64,000 nucleotides of DNA from Nemertoderma westbladi (taxonomy: Eukaryota; Animalia; Xenacoelomorpha), in contig JAUCBJ010006520.1 of the NCBI GenBank assembly GCA_032718475.1, positions 22,248 to 86,247 of the forward strand, written 5' to 3'. Position numbers and translations under genes: made by a program. The notes under the pieces were generated by a model. That model ran no database searches, was not told the origin of the DNA, and saw only the letters and a program-made list of their open reading frames with translations. Positions 50,047-62,667 of this stretch are shown here, piece by piece (position 1 is the stretch's first letter; each line of letters begins with the position of its first letter).

Positions 50047-52543
50047 TCGGGGTTTTTTGGACATTTGCTGATGGCGCTGTCGGTGCCATCGACCAAACTA
50101 CCACTACTAATACTACCGCCCTACTAATACTTTACCACCTACTGATTAACCAGAGGTTTAGGACGTAGTTTATGTGCTCTGCAAAATTAACATTAACATT
50201 TTTTTTTAATTAAAAAAAAATTTTGTAATATAGTTATAATAATTTAGTGCTAATAAGTAGCATAAAATTATTACTATTACTAAAAACATTCCTACAAACT
50301 CTTCCTACAAAGATTCGTTATATAACTAGTTATTTCGTATTTATCATTAGGATATAAATTATTGGTCAAAATTTTTTGATATTGATTATTTCCAATTTTA
50401 ATATCAAATTAATTAATTATTTTCCTATTTTTTTTTAATTAGCATTTTTCACATTTCGAAGCCAATCAAAACAGTTAGGATCAAAATTTTAAAATTCTGA
50501 CCAATACTTTTGAAGAAGATACCAGGCATGTGGTTACTCTGTCCAAATTTCATGAAAAAAATATTAAAAATCGGCAGAGGAGTAGCAGTTTAATACGTAA
50601 TTAATTAATTAAGTAGACGTAATTAGTAAATAAGTAATATTTACGTCTTTACGTAAAAGTAGCATTTTAAATTTCGTTGAAATGAAAAAATACCATTCTG
50701 AGATAATTGCCTTTAAAATTTGAACCTTCCCGCGCAAAAATTGTCTGTTAAATTGCAAGAATGTCTGTCAATATACATTATCTGTCTATCAACAAGAAAG
50801 CATAAAACCATGCTAACATTTTTGTTACGGGGGTTTTCCTGGTCGCTGATTTCATTTCTGAGGTCAGTTTTAAATTTTAATGAAAACTAGTTTGTCTGTA
50901 TATCTGTCTGTCGGTCTTTCTGACTATCCGACTATCTGTTTGTCAAATATCAGAAAAAGGCACACAATTGTTTAGCTATAGGGGTTTTCCTGGTCGCAGC
51001 CATTTCAAGTGTCAATTTTAACATTTGATGACTTCCAAATTGTCTGTTTGGCTGTCAGACTGTCGGTTATATTTTGACAGACAGACAGACAGGAATACAG
51101 ACAACCGACAAAGCTAATTTTGATTAATGACATCAGAAATGAATTCACCGACCACGAAAACCCATACAGGTAATTTTTAGACGGCTAGTATGCTTTGTAT
51201 TGACGGACAGACATACTGACGGACAAACCGATAGTAAAACGGACAGACAGCCATATCTCGTTAAGTAAGATAGATCTTCCTAAACGGTTTTCAAATTTGG
51301 AATCTTGATAAAAATCTGCATTGTGTTAACCTTCATTTCAGTCCATTTAATTTATTATCCCGTGTAATGGTTTAAATTTGAGTTATTAATTTTTATTAAT
51401 ATAATGTTAGTCGTTTAATTCTAAATATTTTTTTCAAATTCAATTCTTGTAATTTTAATTAAAATAAACTTTAAACTATTTTAAAAGTAAACTATTTTAT
51501 TCTTAAATTGTTACTTTTTCGCTCGAATATACCCCAAAATCGGGAGAAAAAGTATCACTTTTTTCCCTAGGGAAAAAAGTATCCCATAGGATTGCATTGA
51601 TTTTACTTTTTTCCGGGCGAAAAAAGTAAAGAAAAAAGTAAGTAGATAAAATATTTTTGGTGGAATTCTTTAAATTGTATTACATGTGTTAAAACAGCAT
51701 TGACGTAGAAAATGTTTACACGTAATTTAATCAAAATCCATTCACACACTGAAAAGTTATATAGTAAAATACTACAGTTAATATATTTTCTAACACTATA
51801 TCGTTCTTATTTTATTAAATAATTTAGCAACAAAAAACGTACCAAATTATGAATAAAATTACGTATTACATGGGAAAAAAACGTACAAATATTTCTTCCC
51901 AATATTCTCTCGACCATTTATTAACCTCGCTGACGCTCGGTAAATAAAATGCCTCGAGAATAGTGAAAAAAAGTTCTACTTTTTTCCCATGTAATTAATA
52001 ATTATTTTCGAACTAATTAAATTCTCAGTAACAAGTTAATTAAAACCACTTTAATTAACAAGATAACATGAAATTTCAACTTAACAACCGGTAGTTGAAC
52101 ATTTAAATTATGTGCCCACCCCACCGCCACAAAAATTTTTTTTTTTTTGGATTCTATATATTTATTTAAATATTTATTTCTATGTAAATATTTTTTTTAA
52201 TACCGATATATTGTACTGTTATCAGAGAATATGCATGGCGAATCTCTGAGAAATATCTATTGCGCCATCGAGCTTCCTGCCAATGGCGCCGCGGCCATGT
52301 GCTATGGCGCTGGCGCCACATTTAGCGCCAAAAACTGTTATTTAAAATTATTTAAAAAAATGCTAATGTTTGGATTCATTGTGACAAGACCCCATGAGAT
52401 AATAATCGAGTTCTTTAGCACCGAGAATGGCCTCGAAATATTATTTGGATTGGGTTATTTTTAACTACAAAATGTTTCAAGTTATAAAATATAAGCAGCA
52501 TAATCCCTTCAGTGAGTCCCGCAGAATGCCCAAAACCACCGAC
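50047..52543. mobile_element. Composite decayed TIR element with nested GACA/TGTC-rich inverted segments and a small palindromic insert (about 51865-51995)
   Basis: TCGGGGTTTTTTGGACATTTGC mirrored imperfectly by GCAGAATGCCCAAAACCACCGA; TGTCTGTC tracts (50740-51060) face GACAGACA tracts (51075-51250). Confidence 0.5.
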
Positions 52544-53569
52544 TACATTGTGTTACTTTGAGTGAAAAAAAAAACAAAGTAATACTAGTTGGTAGGATAG
52601 AAAACTAAACTACCTGTTTCATTATGGTATGGAAATTATAACTTTATTTTGTTGAGCACTATAGCGCGTTTAATTTTTATTTGAGGTATAAAAGAAACAA
52701 TTGATATGCAATGCTATAAAGTATTTTACACGCCACAGTATATAATTAACACTTGGATAAAGCGAGCCGCGAAAGGTCAGGAAACGCTATGTTTCCCAAA
52801 ATATTGGTTAACCAAAAGGTAATATAATATTGAAACAAGATTATAATATTAAAAAAAAGTACTTTTTTATTTTTACTAAACTCACGATTAAAACCGTGAA
52901 TTATTCAAAAACGGTATATGTTATGTTGGAGCTTCATCTCAGTGAATAATACATTTTTTTTACTAGTTTATCTTTTTGACTATCTTGGCCTCAAACATAT
53001 AATTAAGAAATTTTTATTTAGGGTAATTAATTAGCCTATATCAGTGGCAATCCATTCAGACATGTTGTTTGGCTCCTACATTACATTGGGTTTCCTTTCA
53101 GGTAAGTATATATGGGCCTTGCCAAACAATTACCTAACAACTGTACCATAGGATATTGGTTGACTTGCCAGGACGGTCCCTGTATCGTACCTTATTTGGG
53201 TTTCAACAACAATCAACAAATTCATGGATTCCTACAGTGCATTCAATTTTCAAAATTGTTTGTTGGTGTTGCGATACAACATTTTATTATTAGTAGCCCT
53301 GTTATAGTTTAATGCGCTTTCTTGCACTCACATGTTATTAGTTTCGCATCTATGCGTTTCCACAAGCGCGTGAGTTATTGAGTTAATTAGAATTTCTAAT
53401 ATTAATCTAATGTTCGTACGGAGTATTTGCATTTATTCGGTGGGAGTAGCTGATGTTTGTTTATTTTTAGTCTACGGACATGGTTACGGGACATAAATAT
53501 CGATTCGTTAAATAATTATTTTGTCGATTACTTTACTTTTCTTGACTGACAGTATTTGTTGTATTCAGC

Positions 53570-53786
53570 ATGGCCGATGAGAGCCCCACTGAACAAGGCA
53601 ATGATGAAAAAGAAGAAACAGTTAGAACAAGCGAATCTGTAGGGTTGGGATTCGTACGACTGCTAGAATACGAACACAGTGCTAAACTCACTGAAGTTGT
53701 TGATATTACCTTTAACGACCTCAACAACACTTACGTCTTCCTTGATACCAGAGGGATCACTACCTGGAAATGGAACTTCTTGACAG
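53570..53786 (+). CDS. First coding exon of a probable WD40-repeat protein (WDR87-like N-terminus, from memory)
   Basis: Acceptor gtattCAG 1 nt before the ATG, donor CAG|GTGAGT; joins in frame with two further exons; probable 5' UTR exon donor AG|GTAAGT at 53102. Confidence 0.8.
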
Positions 53787-54949
53787 GTGAGTGTGATGGT
53801 CTCACACACGACTTAGAGTTGAGGAGACAGGTGAGTGTGATGGTCTCACACACGACTTAGAGTTGAGGAGACAGGTGAGTGTGATGGTCTCACACACGAC
53901 TTAGAGTTGAGGAGACAGGTGAGTGTGATGGTCTCACACACGACTTAGAGTTGAGGAGACAGGTGAGTGTGATGGTCTCACACACGACTTAGAGTTGAGG
54001 AGACAGGTGAGTGTGATGGTCTCACACACGACTTAGAGTTGAGGAGTCAGGTGAGTGTGATGGTCTCACACACGACTTAGAGTTGAGGAGACAGGTGAGT
54101 GTCATGGTCGACTTAGAGTTGAGGAGACAGGTGAGTGTGATGGTCTCACACACGACTTAGAGTTGAGGAGACAGGTGAGTGTGATGGTCGACTTAGAGTT
54201 GAGGAGACAGGTGAGTGTGATGGTCTCACACACGACTTAGAGTTGAGGAGACAGGTGAGTGTGATGGTCTCACATACGACTTAGAGTTGAGGAGACAGGT
54301 GAGTGTGATGGTCTCACACACAACTTAGAGTTGAGGATACAGGTGAGTGTGATGGTCTCACACACAACTTAGAGTTGAGGATACAGGTGAGTGTGATGGT
54401 CTCACACACGACTTAGAGTTGAGGATATAGGTGAGTGTGATGGTCTCACACACGACTTAGAGTTGAGGAGACAGGTGAGTGTGATGGTCTCACACACAAC
54501 TTAGAGTTGAGGATACAGGTGAGTGTGATGGTCTCACACACAACTTAGAGTTGAGGAGACAGGTGAGTGTGATGGTCTCACACACGACTTAGAGTTGAGG
54601 AGACAGGTGAGTGTGATGGTCTCACACACGACTTAGAGTTGATGAGACAGGTGAGTGTGATGGTCTCACACACGGAGTTGAGGAGACAGGTGAGTGTGAT
54701 GGTCTCACACACGACTTAGAGTTGAGGAGACAGGTGAGTGTGATGGTCTCACACACGACTTAGAGTTGAGGAGACAGGTGAGTGTGATGGTCTCACACAC
54801 GACTTAGAGTTGAGGAGACAGGTGAGTGTGATGGTCTCACACACGACTTAGAGTTGAGGAGTCAGGTGAGTGTGATGGTCTCACACACGACTTAGAGTTG
54901 AGGAGTCAGGTGAATGTGATGGTCTCACACACGACTTAGAGTTGAGGAT
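53782..54949 (+). repeat. 44-bp minisatellite (GACAG|GTGAGTGTGATGGTCTCACACACGACTTAGAGTTGAGGA)n, about 27 copies, beginning at the exon end and repeating the splice donor
   Basis: The first unit overlaps the last 5 exon bases and the consensus GTGAGT donor; a few units are internally deleted. Confidence 0.96.
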
Positions 54950-55277
54950 ACCTAATGTTCAATTGGGGTACTTCATCCATCAAATTGTTTTACAAATTTG
55001 TGAAAATTATTTTTCACAAATATTTTGAGGATATGGCCATTAATAGTTTATATGGAAGGAAACGTTTGGACTATTGAAATTATAGTTTGTTATTTTCTTT
55101 GTTTTTTTAATAAAAGAATGCGAAGTGGGATCCTTTACTATTGCACAGTAATAGAGTATATTATTCGCCATTGTACAATCCCAATTTTTTAATAATTGTT
55201 AGGAACAAAACTAATTATAGTGGAACCAATACATATAATTAATAATTATGTTGTTTAGTTAAATGTTATTATTTCAG

Positions 55278-55420
55278 ACGCTCAAGAGATCGATAGAGCC
55301 TATTCGTACCCGAAGTATAAATTCCTTCTGTTGAAACGAATTATATACGCGAGGAAACACAACACCTATTTCTGTCTCAGCAACGACTATTCCATCAAAG
55401 TCCTTAATAGAGACTTTAAG
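55278..55420 (+). CDS. Second coding exon of the WD40-like gene (DAQEIDRAYSYPKYKFLLLKRIIYARKHNTYFCLSNDYSIKVLNRDFK)
   Basis: Acceptor tttCAG, donor AAG|GTGAGT, phase 1 in and phase 0 out, consistent with neighbours. Confidence 0.85.
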
Positions 55421-55838
55421 GTGAGTTATTATTTATTGAATTCATTAATTAGTTTTTTTTTAATCAGACGTTTCTCATGCAATATGTTGTACATCCATGC
55501 CACAGTTGACAACACCAACTACGCCTTGCATATTATCATTTACGGGATCTATAGATTAATTAATTATTTAAATATGTATCCTCATTAATAATCAATAATT
55601 ATTGTACGCCTCACATTCATTAGTTTTTTTTTATGTTTTTTTAAAAGTTGGCGGCATAAAATTTATTGTTATTTAGATGACAATTTATTAAATAATATTT
55701 ATTTCATGAACATGACGTCAGTAGTTATTATATTAGAATATTAAAATATTACTTAGCGACGAATCCAGTGTAAGATTCGTAGAGATGTAAAGACACTAGG
55801 TACAGTAATACAATATAATTGGGGTGATTTTCCCACAG

Positions 55839-55968
55839 GAAACATTTAGTGTTCCTTCTGAACAATGTCCGGTGTCTCAGCTCAGTTACAACAGTTCCAT
55901 CGGGTATCTCATCAGCTGCGGTCCTTTGGGGACGCATATTTGGGATTTCCAGCGAGTGAAAACGCAAG
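55839..55968 (+). CDS. Third coding exon of the WD40-like gene (ETFSVPSEQCPVSQLSYNSSIGYLISCGPLGTHIWDFQRVKTQ); gene continues downstream
   Basis: Acceptor cccaCAG, donor AAG|GTATGT; LISCG..G..IWD is a WD40-repeat-like ending. Confidence 0.85.
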
Positions 55969-55974
55969 GTATGT

Positions 55975-56548
55975 ATATAGATTTATTTATACATTATGTA
56001 AAAACAATAACAAATACACCAAACAATGTACCGGTATAAAGGTATTGTCCAACATAACATATAGGATTACCCCTAAAGCTTTCCCGCTTATTTCCAAGGG
56101 GGTCCTTTATGTTACTTGGTTACAAATACAATATTACACTACGCTAACCTAAAACCAATATAAACGTAATTACACTATGTACTTGTACAACTTTACCGAG
56201 AGCGTGACAATGTCCGACTCAACGATAAAGATGTAATATACAGAACAATTTATTATAAAACGTAATTACAGTATAAATAGTAAATAATTAATAAACTAAT
56301 AACTTACTGTAGGACTATTGTATCTATTTTTACATTGCACACGGAGATGAGATTTAACTGCAGATTTAAAAGAATGTTGATTATCTAGGTTTTTAATTTC
56401 ATTAGGCAGAGCGTACCAATTTTTAATGCCGTTAAAAAAGAAAGTATCAGATTCGAAGGATTTACAATTCGGGAGGTAGAAGTTTGAAGCACTAGCTCTG
56501 GTACTGTAAGAGTGTGTATCGCGTACTCTGTTGAATTTTTGTTTTAGG
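55975..56548 (-). mobile_element. 5'-truncated L2/CR1-group LINE (ORF2 C-terminus plus 3' UTR)
   Basis: HSYSTRAS...FYLP......TFFFNGIKNWYALPNEIK......SFKSAVKSHL fits the H.Y.TR...WN.LP..IK...FK..LK..L C-terminal pattern; its 3' UTR is duplicated at 8600-8912. Confidence 0.8.
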
Positions 56549-56554
56549 TAATAT

Positions 56555-57700
56555 GTATATATGTACGCAGCTTGAGAAAGAGAAGGTTTGTATGTACGTA
56601 GCTTGAGACACGGAAGGTTTGTATGTACGCAGCTTGAGAAAGGGAAGGTGTGTATGTACGTAGCTTGAGACACGGAAGGTGTGTATGTACGCAGCTTGAG
56701 AAACGGAAGGTTTGTATGTACGTAGCTTGAGAAACGGAAGGTTTGTATGTACGTAGCTTGAGAAACGGAAGGTTTGTATGTACGTAGCTAGAGAAACGGA
56801 AGGTTTGTATGTACGTAGCTTGAGACACGGAAGGTGTGTATGTACGCAGCTTGAGAAACGGAAGGTTTGTATGTACGTAGCTTGAGAAACGGAAGGTTTG
56901 TATGTACGTAGCTTGAGAAACGGAAGGTTTGTATGTACGTAGCTTGAGAAAAGGAAGGTTTGTATGTACGTAGCTTGAGAAACGGAAGGTTTGTATGTAC
57001 GTAGCTTGAGAAACGGAAGGTGTGTATGTACGTAGCTTGAGAAACGGAAGGTTTGTATGTACGTAGCTTGAGAAACGGAAGGTTTGTATGTACGTAGCTT
57101 GAGAAACGGAAGGTGTGTATGTACGTAGCTTGAGAAACGGAAGGTGTGTATGTACGTAGCTTGAGAAACTGAAGGTGTGTATGTACGTAGCTTGAGAAAC
57201 GGAAGGTTTGTATGTACGTAGCTTGAGAAACGGAAGGTTTGTATGTACGTAGCTTGAGAAACGGAAGGTTTATATGTACGTAGCTTGAGACACGGAAGGT
57301 GTGTATGTACGTAGCTTGAGAAACGGAAGGTTTGTATGTACGTAGCTTGAGAAACGGAAGGTTTGTATGTACGTAGCTTGAGAAACGGAAGGTTTGTATG
57401 TACGTAGCTTGAGACACGGAAGGTGTGTAGTGTATGTATGTAGCTTGAGAAACGGAAGGTTTGTATGTACGTAGCTTGAGAAACGGAAGGTTTGTATGTA
57501 CGTAGCTTGAGAAACGGAAGGTGTGTATGTACGTAGCTTGAGAAACGGAAGGTTTGTATGTACGTAGCTTGAGAAACGGAAGGTTTGTATGTACGTAGCT
57601 TGAGAAACGGAAGGTGTGTATGTACGTAGCTTGAGAAACGGAAGGTTTGTATGTACGTAGCTTGAGAAACGGAAGGTTTGTATGTACGTAGCTTGAGAAA
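56555..57700. repeat. 31-bp minisatellite (GTATGTACGTAGCTTGAGAAACGGAAGGTKT)n, about 37 copies
   Basis: Direct periodicity. Confidence 0.97.
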
Positions 57701-58089
57701 TGTAGTAACTTTACGTAGGATTACCACCGGTATCCTAGCTTATTCCAAGGCGTGAAATATTTGTTATTCTTTCAGTATTGTGGGTTATTATATTTTACAA
57801 GTGACCCTTTAATCCATTATGTTCTTATGAATTAAAGGTCCATTATGTGTTCTCCGCCTCCATTATCTGCTCCCCCCCCCCCCCCCCCCCCCATAAATCA
57901 TAAATTTGTATCTATATTATTTCGTATATATACATGAGATCTTCTGATAATCAGGTTGTGTTTCGGAATTCTGCAGTCTCTACCGATATCAACACAGGTC
58001 CATATTCAGATATAGACATATTATATTCTGACATATATTCTGAAATACAGAAGAGTATAGACCATATTTTATTTCGTCTGAAATGCCTC

Positions 58090-59584
58090 TTGTGGGGCGA
58101 GCCACGAAGTTGGCGGAGCCTTAGCGAATTGACACTGTTAGGGGGTGGGTCAATTTATGCAAATAGTTGTCGTCGTCGTCGTCGTCGTTGTCGTCGTCGT
58201 CGTCGTCGTCGTCGTTACGATTTTGACATGCTAATAACTTTGTCGGATTTAAAGCTGCCAAGTTGAAAATTTGTAGGTATCAATATGAGCAAAAGTTGAG
58301 ATTTTTGAGAGACTTTCAGACACCATCAGTGCAATGGTCTCCCGCTAGAGGGCCACATGTCTAAACATTAAATGCCCTCCCATTTCTTTGCTTTTAATCC
58401 GTTTAAGCTGAAACTTGGCAGATATGTATTAGACCATTAGCTGTGACTTTCAAAGGAGGCGAATCCATCTGCAGTTCTCCAGTCTGCCGCTAGAGGGCCA
58501 AAGGTCTGAAAGTGAAATCGTTGTCGTCGTTACGATTTTGACATGCTAATAACTTTGTCGGATTTAAAGCTGCCAAGTTGAAAATTTCTAGGTATCAATA
58601 TGAGCTAAAGTTGAGATTTTTGAGAGACTTTCAGACACCATCAGTGCAATGGTCTCCCGCTAGAGGGCCACATGTCTAAACATTAAATGCCCTCCCATTT
58701 CTTTGCTTTTAATCCGTTTAAGCTGAAACTTGGCAGATATGTATTAGACCATTAGCTGTGACTTTCAAAGGAGGCGAATCCATCTGCAGTTCTCCAGTCT
58801 GCCGCTAGAGGGCCAAAGGTCTGAAAGTGAAATCGTTGTCGTCGTTACGATTTTGACATGCTAATAACTTTGTCGAATTTAAAGCTGCCAAGTTGAAAAT
58901 TTGTTTTGTTGAAAATCAGTTCAACAGTCACCCGCTATAGGACTACTTTATGCCTGAAAGTGAATAGATTCTCCCGTCTCATTGATTTTAATCAGTTTAA
59001 CCTGAATCTTGCCATATATTCTGGACCACATGCTGCGTCTTTGTGGGGGGGGGGGGGGGGGGGGGAGATTTAATCGGTCTGCCGCTATACGACGAAATTT
59101 CTGAAAGTGAGATCCGTCTCTCATTTCGTTATCCGTTATTCAAGATGAAACTTGGCCGATGTACGTATGTACTATTCATCCATAGGCTGTGTCTTTGTGG
59201 GGCTGGAGACCCTAATCCATCTTCAGTTCTCACTATACCGCTAGAGTCAGAAATGTCTGAATAGAAATGAAAGAGGTAAAAAGTGATTAGGCGAAATCTG
59301 CTTAAAATTTGCTAATACAGTAATACTTTCGAATTAGTACTTAAATTAAATTTAAGTCACGTGCTGCGTGAAGGCCCCACTTCGTGTATATATATGTATG
59401 ATGAAATACCTCCTACTCCACTGTACTTCTCCGCGCTAGCAGAACTAAGAAATCTGACTTGCCACGGCATAACTTGTTCTCACTGTTGAAACAGCCCAGT
59501 GCATGCCGGCACAGCATTCTCAATATAAGTGTAATATTAGATAATGCAACTTCAATGCAGCATGTCAATTAGTTTAGTAGTAGT
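58090..59584 (+). mobile_element. Helentron/DINE-1-like non-autonomous element with (CGT)n microsatellite and internal tandem core repeats
   Basis: 5' module TTGTGGGGCGAGCCACGAAGTTGGC, (CGT)n tract, 315-bp tandem duplication (58215/58530/58845), partial complement of the 5' end at 59374-59386, 3' module GCCGGCACAGCATTCT...AATGCAGCATG...TAGTAG. Superfamily assignment is by architecture only. Confidence 0.6.
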
Positions 59585-59640
59585 AAATATACAGGTCTGT
59601 GTGAGTCTATCTCAAATATAACGAGAGTGCCAAGTCAATC

Positions 59641-61390
59641 GTCCGTATTACACTACAGTGTACTCTTACTTTCCTCCGCATTACACTACAGTGGACTCTT
59701 ACTTTCCTCCGCATTACTCTACAGTGGACTCTTACTTTCCTCCGTATTACACTACAGTGGACTCTTACTTTCCACCGCATTACACTACAGTTGACTCTTA
59801 CTTTCCTCCGCATTACACTACAGTGGACTCTTACTTTCCTCCGCATTACACTACAGTGGACTCTTACTTTCCTCCGCATTACACTACAGTAGACTCTTAC
59901 TTTCCTCCGTATTACACTACAGTGAACTCTTACTTTCCTCCGTATTACACTACAGTGGACTCTTACTTTCCTCCGCATTACACTACAGTGGACTCTTACT
60001 TTCCTCCGCATTACACTACAGTGGACTCTTACTTTCCTCCGCATTACACTACAGTAGACTCTTACTTTCCTCCGTATTACACTACAGTGAACTCTTACTT
60101 TCCTCCGTATTACACTACAGTGGACTCTTACTTTCCTCCGCATTACACTACAGTGGACTCTTACTTTCCTCCCGATTACACTACAGTGGACTCTTACTTT
60201 CCTCCGTATTACACTACAGTGGACTCTTACTTTCCTCCGTATTACACTACAGTGGACTCTTACTTTCCTCCGTATTACACTACAGTGGACTGTTACTTTC
60301 CACCGCATTACACTACAGTGAACTCTTAATTTCCTCCGTATTACACTACAGTGGACTCTTACTTTCCTCCCGATTACACTACAGTGGACTCTTACTTTCC
60401 TCCGTATTACACTACAGTGGACTCTTACTTTCCTCCGCATTACACTACAGTGGACTCTTACTTTCCTCCGTATTACACTACAGTGGACTCTTACTTTCCT
60501 CCGCATTACACTACAGTGGACTCTTACTTTCCTCCGCATTACACTACAGTGGACTCTTACTTTCCTCCGTATTACACTACAGTGGACTCTTACTTTCCTC
60601 CGTATTACACTACAGTGAACTCTTACTTTCCACCGCATTACACTACAGTGGACTCTTACTTTCCACCGCATTACACTACAGTGGACTCTTACTTTCCTCC
60701 GTATTACACTACAGTGAACTCTTAATTTCCTCCGTATTACACTACAGTGTACTCTTACTTTCCTCCGTATTACACTACAGTAGACTCTTACTTTCCTCCG
60801 TATTACACTACAGTGAACTCTTACTTTCCACCGCATTACACTACAGTGGACTCTTACTTTCCACCGCATTACACTACAGTGGACTCTTACTTTCCTTCGT
60901 ATTACACTACAGTGAACTCTTAATTTCCTCCGTATTACACTACAGTGTACTCTTACTTTCCTCCGTATTACACTACAGTGTACTCTTACTTTCCTCCGTA
61001 TTACACTACAGTGGACTCTTACTTTCCTCCGTATTACACTACAGTGGACTCTTACTTTCCTCCGCATTACACTACAGTGTACTCTTACTTTCCTCCGTAT
61101 TACACTACAGTGGACTCTTACTTTCCTCCGCATTACACTACAGAGGACTCTTACTTTCCTCCGCATTACTCTACAGTGTACTCTTACTTTCCTCCGCATT
61201 ACACTACAGTGGACTCTTACTTTCCTCCGTATTACACTACAGTGGACTCTTACTTTCCTCCGCATTACACTACAGTGGACTCTTACTTTCCTCCGCATTA
61301 CTCTACAGTGTACTCTTACTTTCCTCCGTATTACACTACAGTGGACTCTTACTTTCCTCCGTATTACACTACAGTGGACTCTTACTTTCC
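59641..61390. repeat. 33-bp minisatellite (TACACTACAGTGGACTCTTACTTTCCTCCGYAT)n, about 53 copies
   Basis: Direct periodicity; a multiple of 3, hence long spurious ORFs. Confidence 0.97.
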
Positions 61391-61596
61391 TATGCCCACC
61401 AGTGCCGCAGATAGATTAAGTCATTTTTTATTCACATCCAACTGTATTTAATATTAAATTGCAGTTTGTCAGATTGTTTTCTTATAATATGAAGCTCTTT
61501 ATTAATACTTATTGTTTGTTACTAAGACTTGCACTAGGATATACTAGGAACCATCCTATATGGAGCCCTTTATAAATCATATTACATTGTTTTCAG

Positions 61597-62230
61597 TTGT
61601 GGGGCGAGCCACGAAGTTGGCGGGGCCCTAGCAAACTGACACGGTTAGGGGGTGGGTGAATTTATGGCAAATAGTTGTGGTCGTTATTGTTTCCATTTTG
61701 ACATGCTAACAACCTTGTCGGATTAATAGCTGCCGAGTTGAAAACTTGTGTGTCCAAATGAGCAAAAGGTGAGATTTTTTAGTGACTTTCAGACACCACA
61801 TCAGTTCAACAGTCTCCCGCTAGAGGGCTACATTTCTGAACAATAAATGTCCTCCCATTCCCATTTCTTTGCCTAATAATCTATTCAAGCTGAAACTTGG
61901 CAGATTTGTACTAGACCATTAGCTGTGTCATCCAAAGGAGGCCAATCCGTCTGAAGTTCTCTAGTGTGCCGCTAGACGTCGAAATGTCTGAAAGTTCAAA
62001 CCTTCTCCCATTTCCGTGATTTTAATCTGTTTAAGCTGAAACTTGGCATATAGAGTACTGTGTGTACTAGAAAGCTGACTGCTTCTTTGTGGGACAGTAC
62101 TCCATCTACACTTATACAGTTTGCCGCTAGAGGTCGAAGTATCTGTAAATGAAAAAACCGCTAGTGGGCTGAAATAAAAACATTTTAGAGATGTCTGAAA
62201 TGAAAACCTTCAGCCTTTTCGTATTATTCT
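61597..62230 (+). mobile_element. Second, diverged and 3'-truncated copy of the 58090 element family
   Basis: Same 5' module and CCGCTAGA core motif about every 150 bp (61818, 61969, 62124). Confidence 0.7.
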
Positions 62231-62667
62231 GTAAAATCCCTTCTTCCTGATTGTTGCCTATGATACAGACCTCAGACTGACACCATCCGTGGTGCCCTCT
62301 CAGGCCCCCTCACATGGGGCAATTTTTGTTGCTACAACTTGTGTATGAATAAAAAGTGCCCAGTGTGAGGAGGTCAGCAACAAGTTGCTGAACTAATGAG
62401 GGATGTTTGTAAAACGTTATATTACAAAAACATTTATATTATAAAAATATTTTCAATAACTTTTATTTTTGGAAATCGTGTGATATTGCGCTCCTTGTCA
62501 AACGCACTGTATCTGACCTCCAGTTGTCGTAATATAGAAGTTAGTGTGAGGGGACAAATTGCCCTTGAGTTGTTCTAAAAAGCCCTCACTGTGTCACGCT
62601 GGGGCCGCCGTCCGCCAATAGTAACCGCAGTTAGACTGCGTGGTTAAACGTCTTGGTTTTCCGATAT

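Noticed and set aside
56492-57727. 411-aa and 209-aa minus-strand ORFs
   Set aside because: Translations of the 31-bp minisatellite cycling through all frames.
61387-61441. Possible minus-strand exon whose donor (AAA|GTAAGA) is repeated by the 33-bp array
   Set aside because: The candidate exon has stops in all three frames and no supporting neighbours; only a non-coding exon would fit, which I cannot support.
59607-61451. 563-aa Arg-rich and Tyr/Pro-rich (extensin- or adhesive-like) ORFs
   Set aside because: Translations of a 33-bp satellite; no signal peptide or unique domain, and the + frame is interrupted by stops.
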